Part shown: piece after piece, positions 58,846 through 64,000 of the stretch
Layout: each line of letters opens with the position of its first letter
Numbering within the stretch: the stretch's first letter is position 1
From: Pseudomonadota bacterium
GTDB taxonomy: Bacteria > Desulfobacterota > Desulfobacteria > Desulfobacterales > RPRI01
Reading direction: 5' to 3'
NCBI GenBank assembly: GCA_043825875.1
Contig: JBDRRF010000103.1
Location: 1-64,000, forward strand
DNA: 64,000 nt
Translations under genes and position numbers: made by a program
Notes under the pieces: generated by a model
Database searches by the model: none
What the model saw: the letters and a program-made list of their open reading frames with translations, nothing else
What the model was told of the DNA's origin: nothing

Positions 58846-59805
58846 CTAGAAATTCCCTATTTTTTCATCACACCCACTGGCCCAACTATCTATGGTAAAT
58901 AGATTAGAGATTTTTCTAAATATTATTTCAATTCTTCCTTTACCCTTAAAATTACGAAGAACAAATTTTTCATTATTTTTCAAATATTGTTTAATATGTA
59001 CATGCATCTCCTTGGACAATATACCAATTTTAGAAGATAAATTTAAAAGGACTTCAGCTAAATCGAAATATTCATATGCAAGATATACTGTAACCGCTCG
59101 TAATATCTTATCTTCATTAACATTCTTATCAGAGCAGATATTTTCTGGGGTTTTGAAATATAATGCATCTCCAAAAATAATTTGGCCTTTTTGTCCTGGA
59201 CCATAATGATGTGTATTGTTTCTTCTCCAATAATACCTTTTTAAATCGATAAGTTCGAAACCACGACTTGTTATGAATTGATCGATTTCGGGAAACAGGG
59301 GTTGATCCTTGTAGATGGGCAAAAATTCAACCTCAACCTCCAGGCCGATCACATTTTCAAGCGTTTTTACAGCACCTTCCAAAATTGATAATTCATATCC
59401 TTGTGTATCAATTTTGATGAAATCAACTTCAAGCAAGCCGGCTTTACGTAATTGGCTATCCATTGTATCAGTTTTCATTGTTATGGTATTTACTATGTCA
59501 TGCCTTTCAGCCTCTGGATATTTGCTAAGTAATTCAAAATTTGGCATAAAAATTGACGAGACTTGTTGTTTTCGGCAGAGATTGAATTTTAGGTCTTTGG
59601 GAAAATCGGATAAAGCACTGTTTAATACTATATAATTATCGCCTACACTTTGTTTCAACCTATCATATTCCCTGGGATCTGGCTCAAAGAGCACCGCTTT
59701 AAAATTAGAACCAGCTATCTTTGGCCATCTTGAATGGAGTCCGCCACTGGCTCCTACATCAATAACATAAATAGTTTTGTTTTTTAAAATGCCTTTATTA
59801 CTCAT
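58846..59805 (-). CDS. FkbM-family methyltransferase
   Basis: IDVGASGG, FEPD, FIKIDTQGYEL, EVEF. Confidence 0.9.
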   Translation of the reverse strand: MSNKGILKNKTIYVIDVGASGGLHSRWPKIAGSNFKAVLFEPDPREYDRLKQSVGDNYIVLNSALSDFPKDLKFNLCRKQQVSSIFMPNFELLSKYPEAERHDIVNTITMKTDTMDSQLRKAGLLEVDFIKIDTQGYELSILEGAVKTLENVIGLEVEVEFLPIYKDQPLFPEIDQFITSRGFELIDLKRYYWRRNNTHHYGPGQKGQIIFGDALYFKTPENICSDKNVNEDKILRAVTVYLAYEYFDLAEVLLNLSSKIGILSKEMHVHIKQYLKNNEKFVLRNFKGKGRIEIIFRKISNLFTIDSWASGCDEKIGNF

Positions 59806-59859
59806 CCATCCGCCTCAAATTGTCTTTGTTTAATCAGTAAAACTTCTTATATATATCTG

Positions 59860-60624
59860 CTATGAATGAATCGACATTATTGCAGTTCTACAGGTAACAT
59901 CCAGCATTCGAATATCGACGCTGTAAGCGATAAACTGGTAATTTTCCTTGATGCGCTGTTGAAGCTGAGTTACGTCCGGCTCAATAATATGAATGCCTGT
60001 AGCTTTACCCGAAGTGAGTCCCACGCTTTTTATCGTGGCCATTGTCTTTTGCATAAGCGGATGCTCAAAATCACCGGGGACGCCCAACGATCCTGAAAGA
60101 TCGTAAGGTCCCACAATAAAACCATCTACGCCCTCAACAGACAGGATTGCGACAAGATTTTCTACAGCTTGGATATGTTCAATCTGCACGATTACAATGG
60201 CTTCATGACTAAGCCAATCCTTATATGCTTCGAAGGTGTTACCGTAACCCTGTGCCCGTGCCAGCCCCACCCCTCTTTTTCCTTGTGGCGGGTAACGAAC
60301 AGCTGCAACGGCCCGCTCTGCCTCGGCGGCAGAATTCACCATCGGCACGATTATACCATATGCGCCCGCATCCATAACTCGTTTGATTTGAACAGAATCA
60401 TTGGTCGAAAGACGGACTAAAGGTACAGCTCCACACAGATCGATTACCCTGATCAATTCCTCGGCCTCCCGAATTGTGATAACACTGTGCTCCAAATCGA
60501 CGGCCAGCCAATCAAATCCTGCCTTCGCCATGATTTCCGCAATCGCCGGATGTGCAAGCGTGATCCAGGAACCAATACTCAATCCATTATTATGCAGTTT
60601 CTCTTTAAGTGTAGCAATTCTCAT
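59860..60624 (-). CDS. HpcH/HpaI class II aldolase
   Basis: GFDWLAVDLEHS, MDAGA.GIIVPMV, YPPQGKRG, QIEH, VGPYDLS. Confidence 0.93.
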   Translation of the reverse strand: MRIATLKEKLHNNGLSIGSWITLAHPAIAEIMAKAGFDWLAVDLEHSVITIREAEELIRVIDLCGAVPLVRLSTNDSVQIKRVMDAGAYGIIVPMVNSAAEAERAVAAVRYPPQGKRGVGLARAQGYGNTFEAYKDWLSHEAIVIVQIEHIQAVENLVAILSVEGVDGFIVGPYDLSGSLGVPGDFEHPLMQKTMATIKSVGLTSGKATGIHIIEPDVTQLQQRIKENYQFIAYSVDIRMLDVTCRTAIMSIHS

Positions 60625-60705
60625 TTTCAATCATCGCCCTTCTATTTGGCAGTAGTGTTAAGAATTTTTCGCTTTTTATTGGCAGCGCCCTTTCATTGCC
60701 TTTCA

Positions 60706-62520
60706 CTAATTATATTGACAAGGAATTAACGCCCTGAGCAAAATATTCCAGCCCAAAACGCTTTCCAGTCTGGGGATAGGTTTGGGGTTGAGATTTTTAT
60801 AAATCACGAGCCCGTTTTCCTTATAAAGCAGTTTATTATTTTTGTCACTTTCCACTTTGATCATATATCCCTGCCATGGGGGGAGGTTCGGATCAATGTA
60901 AACCACTTCCTTAGTCTGAATGAAATAATATTCAACGCCTTCCGGGTGATATCCCAGGTACCATGCCTTTTGCCTGTTTGTTACATATGCCTGCATGGCA
61001 GCATCAATCCTATAAGCAACCGAAGCGTCTTTAGGTATATATTCCCTCATTTTTTCTAAGACATGCTCATATTTAGCGTTAACAGGCGAGGATCTAATAA
61101 ACACAATTTTCTTATTTGTAATACCAGCCCATGGATAGTTATTTGAAAACCATAAAGTTGTGGATATTATGCCTGCAGCCATTAGAATTAACATCAAATA
61201 TTTATTATTATCGGCGACTGCTTTTTTGTCCGAGATTGTTCCCGGACTAAACATGCAGGTAAGTACCATAAAAGCGCTTAAATACACCGGAACAACCATG
61301 TTTGCATTTCTATGGGAAGCAATATCATAACTTCGGAATAAACCCATTACGGCACCAACAGCAGCAAATACAAGCAAGCCAATGAGAGGCCAATTCCAGC
61401 ACTTATCTCTTTTTATTCCTAAAAGAGGAACAAAGCCGACTGTCAATAGCAGGAGAAAGATATATACTGCATGGTATAGAGATGCTCGGATAAATGATGT
61501 GAAATCAAGCTTCAAAAAAAGTTGGATCATAGTACCGGTAGGTTGGCTCGACAGATCCCAAATACCTCGCAGGCTTTCCCTGATAATGGCCTGATCCCAC
61601 AACATAACCAAAAGACCGATCACTAAAGTTATAATGCCCTGCTTGGGAGCTCTAAAGAAAAGAGCTATTATTACACCAAGCGCAATTACGGAATATGTAT
61701 AAGGCATATTGATAATTGCTAGTAGGAACACAAAAACATAAAACAACATCCAGCGTCGTGAAAATAATGAGGCAAATACATAAGGATAAACGGCGTATGA
61801 TATTAGGTCAAATTGACCGCTCATCAAAATGGATCTTTCCACCCATGGTAATAGACAAAATCCCATTGCCGCCATAAGCGCCATTATTTTTGACCCCTTG
61901 AGTGCGCGCACCGCTAAATATATTCCAAATGATCCGAAAGTAATAACCACTATGACAACGGCAAACACATGCATTGGGGGATTAGGATAAAACCAATAGA
62001 GGGGAGTTAGTAAAAGGCTTGGCAGTATTTGCGGCACCGTAGAAAATGCCGAAGCGTAAAAGAAAGGATTAGCATGGAAATAGAGAGCGCCGTTATATTT
62101 AACCGTATTTTCAGGTCCGATTCCAGCGCATAGATTATGGAGTACCTGAGCAAAATAGGCCCCGTTCCCATGGTTGTACTCATACAGATAGGGATTCATA
62201 AATATATCAATCCCAAACCAACCGATGACCAGTATGATAAACATACCTAAAATTAATTTATAATTTGATTCAATAAACATTCGCCACGGATGCCGGTTAT
62301 CAAAGATAAACCGCCACCTCAATAGTACATAGTCCTTACATAAATAGAGGCTCCAGAAAAGCATAATAAAGGTAGTCGTTGCCCTGATGAATCTTGTTCT
62401 GTCTATGGTAATCCGGGGAAGAATTAGAAAAAATAGAATCAGCGAAACAATAAGTAGTAAAATTGATTTGTTCAGGATATTTCTTTTTGTCAATATTTTT
62501 TGCATACGATCAATGCCCAT
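60706..62520 (-). CDS. Polytopic membrane protein (DUF2079/GT-C-like)
   Basis: More than 10 hydrophobic segments with a soluble C-terminal region (IPKDASVA); family call is tentative. Confidence 0.55.
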   Translation of the reverse strand: MGIDRMQKILTKRNILNKSILLLIVSLILFFLILPRITIDRTRFIRATTTFIMLFWSLYLCKDYVLLRWRFIFDNRHPWRMFIESNYKLILGMFIILVIGWFGIDIFMNPYLYEYNHGNGAYFAQVLHNLCAGIGPENTVKYNGALYFHANPFFYASAFSTVPQILPSLLLTPLYWFYPNPPMHVFAVVIVVITFGSFGIYLAVRALKGSKIMALMAAMGFCLLPWVERSILMSGQFDLISYAVYPYVFASLFSRRWMLFYVFVFLLAIINMPYTYSVIALGVIIALFFRAPKQGIITLVIGLLVMLWDQAIIRESLRGIWDLSSQPTGTMIQLFLKLDFTSFIRASLYHAVYIFLLLLTVGFVPLLGIKRDKCWNWPLIGLLVFAAVGAVMGLFRSYDIASHRNANMVVPVYLSAFMVLTCMFSPGTISDKKAVADNNKYLMLILMAAGIISTTLWFSNNYPWAGITNKKIVFIRSSPVNAKYEHVLEKMREYIPKDASVAYRIDAAMQAYVTNRQKAWYLGYHPEGVEYYFIQTKEVVYIDPNLPPWQGYMIKVESDKNNKLLYKENGLVIYKNLNPKPIPRLESVLGWNILLRALIPCQYN

Positions 62521-63155
62521 TAGATGGCTGCCTTAAGTAGTTTTTTTGAGCGGCATAAAACCATAATCCATGGGGTAGGAGTAAGAACATCAATAATATC
62601 AAAATATGAGGATAGCAATTTTAATAGAGCGGTTTTTGACCAATGTTGAATATGACCAGGTGTGTTGCCAAGCTCAAAAATATATTTAAAGCGAACAAGA
62701 TTCATAATTCTCCAGAGGGGTTCCCGTGGCACACTGATAATGAGAAAGGGATCAGCTAATTGTTCCAAAATAGCCAAAGCATTGACCGGGTTATGGAGAT
62801 GTTCAAGAACTTCTGAACATAAAATCAATTTTGCCGAATCGCTGGTAGCCAAGTCATAAATACTGGCAATTTTAAATTTAATATCTACCTTGGCTCTTCT
62901 CGCATTTTCCGATGCAATTTCGATGATTTTTCCCGAAAAGTCGCTTGCGACAACTTTCTTCTTCTGTTTTGCCAAAGCAATGCTAAGATTCCCCTCCCCA
63001 CATCCGACCTCGTGTATCTCATTTACACCAGTCTTGGAAACCAAAGCATCAAGACAGTCATGAAATCCTTTCATCATATACCTTACGACTGGATTCGCTG
63101 AAGCGTATTTATCATAAAGATTACCAGCAATTATGCCGTCTTCTATGATAGTCAT
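62520..63155 (-). CDS. Class I SAM-dependent methyltransferase
   Basis: EVGCGEG, CSEVLEH, SVPREP, PGHIQHW. Confidence 0.9.
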   Translation of the reverse strand: MTIIEDGIIAGNLYDKYASANPVVRYMMKGFHDCLDALVSKTGVNEIHEVGCGEGNLSIALAKQKKKVVASDFSGKIIEIASENARRAKVDIKFKIASIYDLATSDSAKLILCSEVLEHLHNPVNALAILEQLADPFLIISVPREPLWRIMNLVRFKYIFELGNTPGHIQHWSKTALLKLLSSYFDIIDVLTPTPWIMVLCRSKKLLKAAI

Positions 63156-63203
63156 TTCCTTATCCTTACATCAATACCAAGTTCAAATAGCATGATTACC
63201 AAC

Positions 63204-64000
63204 TCATTTGATTAAAAAACTTTTTATAAAACCAAAACTATTTCTAATGGCTGAGCTAAAATCTGCTCTCGTCAAATTGTAAAGTATAATAGACGGACGT
63301 AAATAAAATTTTAAAAGTGCCTTACGTTGCCAGTTCACCAGATCCTTTGGTTCTAAATCATTGACTCTTATAACAGCATTCCCCCATCGTCTATAATCTG
63401 CCCAATTTGAAGACAATAAACTCAATCCACCAACTCCAGACTTTGCATATTCATAATATTCTGTTCCCGGAAACGGTGTTCCTATATTAATATAGGCTTG
63501 TTTACATTTTAATTTTTTAATAAAATTAATTGTGTTTTTAATAGTTTCTTCCGTTTCTTCAGGCAGACCGAAAATAACAGAGAGCCTTGTTTCTAGACCA
63601 ACCTCGTCGGCTATTTTATAGGCCTTCTTTATTTGGTCAAGAGTTGTTCCCTTTTTTGCCGCATCTAAAATATGTTGATTCCCGGACTCTACACCAAAAG
63701 ATATTCTGTTAAGCCCTGCCTGCTTTAATTTTTTAAGCAAATCAAGCGTTACCACATTTACGCGGGTATATCCTTCAAATGTAATATTCAGTTTTTCCTT
63801 GATTATCGAATCGCAGAGGTTAATTGTCCTTTCATGATTAAGGCCGAGGGTATCATCTAAAAAGCTGAAGTGCCGGATATTATATTTGTCAATGACCATC
63901 TTAAGTTCTTCGATAATTCCAGGGACGCCACGATAACGAACATGGTTTCCGAAGATTACCTTCTGCGAGCAGAATATACATTTAAAGGGACAGCCCCTCG
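63204..64000 (-). CDS. Radical SAM protein, probably B12-binding (5' end outside the window)
   Basis: Frame stays open to the window edge and includes RGCPFKCIFCS; FLDDTL, FGVESG, IFGLPEET, TPFPGT. Confidence 0.88.
   Translation of the reverse strand, partial: RGCPFKCIFCSQKVIFGNHVRYRGVPGIIEELKMVIDKYNIRHFSFLDDTLGLNHERTINLCDSIIKEKLNITFEGYTRVNVVTLDLLKKLKQAGLNRISFGVESGNQHILDAAKKGTTLDQIKKAYKIADEVGLETRLSVIFGLPEETEETIKNTINFIKKLKCKQAYINIGTPFPGTEYYEYAKSGVGGLSLLSSNWADYRRWGNAVIRVNDLEPKDLVNWQRKALLKFYLRPSIILYNLTRADFSSAIRNSFGFIKSFLIK

Noticed and set aside
1..64000. CRISPR arrays, tRNA/rRNA genes, integrases or transposases
   Set aside because: None recognised; the remaining short ORFs in the track are antisense or overlapping shadows of the listed genes.

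Overview
AT-rich chromosomal window, probably from a Desulfobacterales-like deltaproteobacterium (inferred from gene content and repeat families). The left part holds a GH3 glycosidase that looks like a stranded integron cassette with an attC site, a CusCBA heavy-metal efflux operon with a duplicated metal-binding domain, a PAS/GGDEF diguanylate cyclase and a modA-DUF364-modB-modC operon bracketed by two inverted ~145-bp repeats next to an XRE-PBP regulator. It continues with a SurA-like gene, a flavodoxin, panP, a cupin, an M48 peptidase and glnE. The ORF track misses a 116-aa precursor gene (22297-22647, minus strand) with three in-frame UGA codons, each in an S-G-U-G motif and each followed by a SECIS-like hairpin. 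It lies directly upstream of a SPASM radical SAM maturase, which fits a selenobiotic (SbtA/SbtM-type) RiPP locus. From 27.3 kb to the window end is a ~37-kb minus-strand, mosaic surface-polysaccharide cluster. It includes Fnl/Qnl-type and WbuXYZ genes, a CMP-sugar/sugar-cyclase module, a MaoC-FkbH-ACP-PhpK-like radical SAM module and at least two paralogous gene remnants. All family calls rest on motif recognition by eye; no searches were run.
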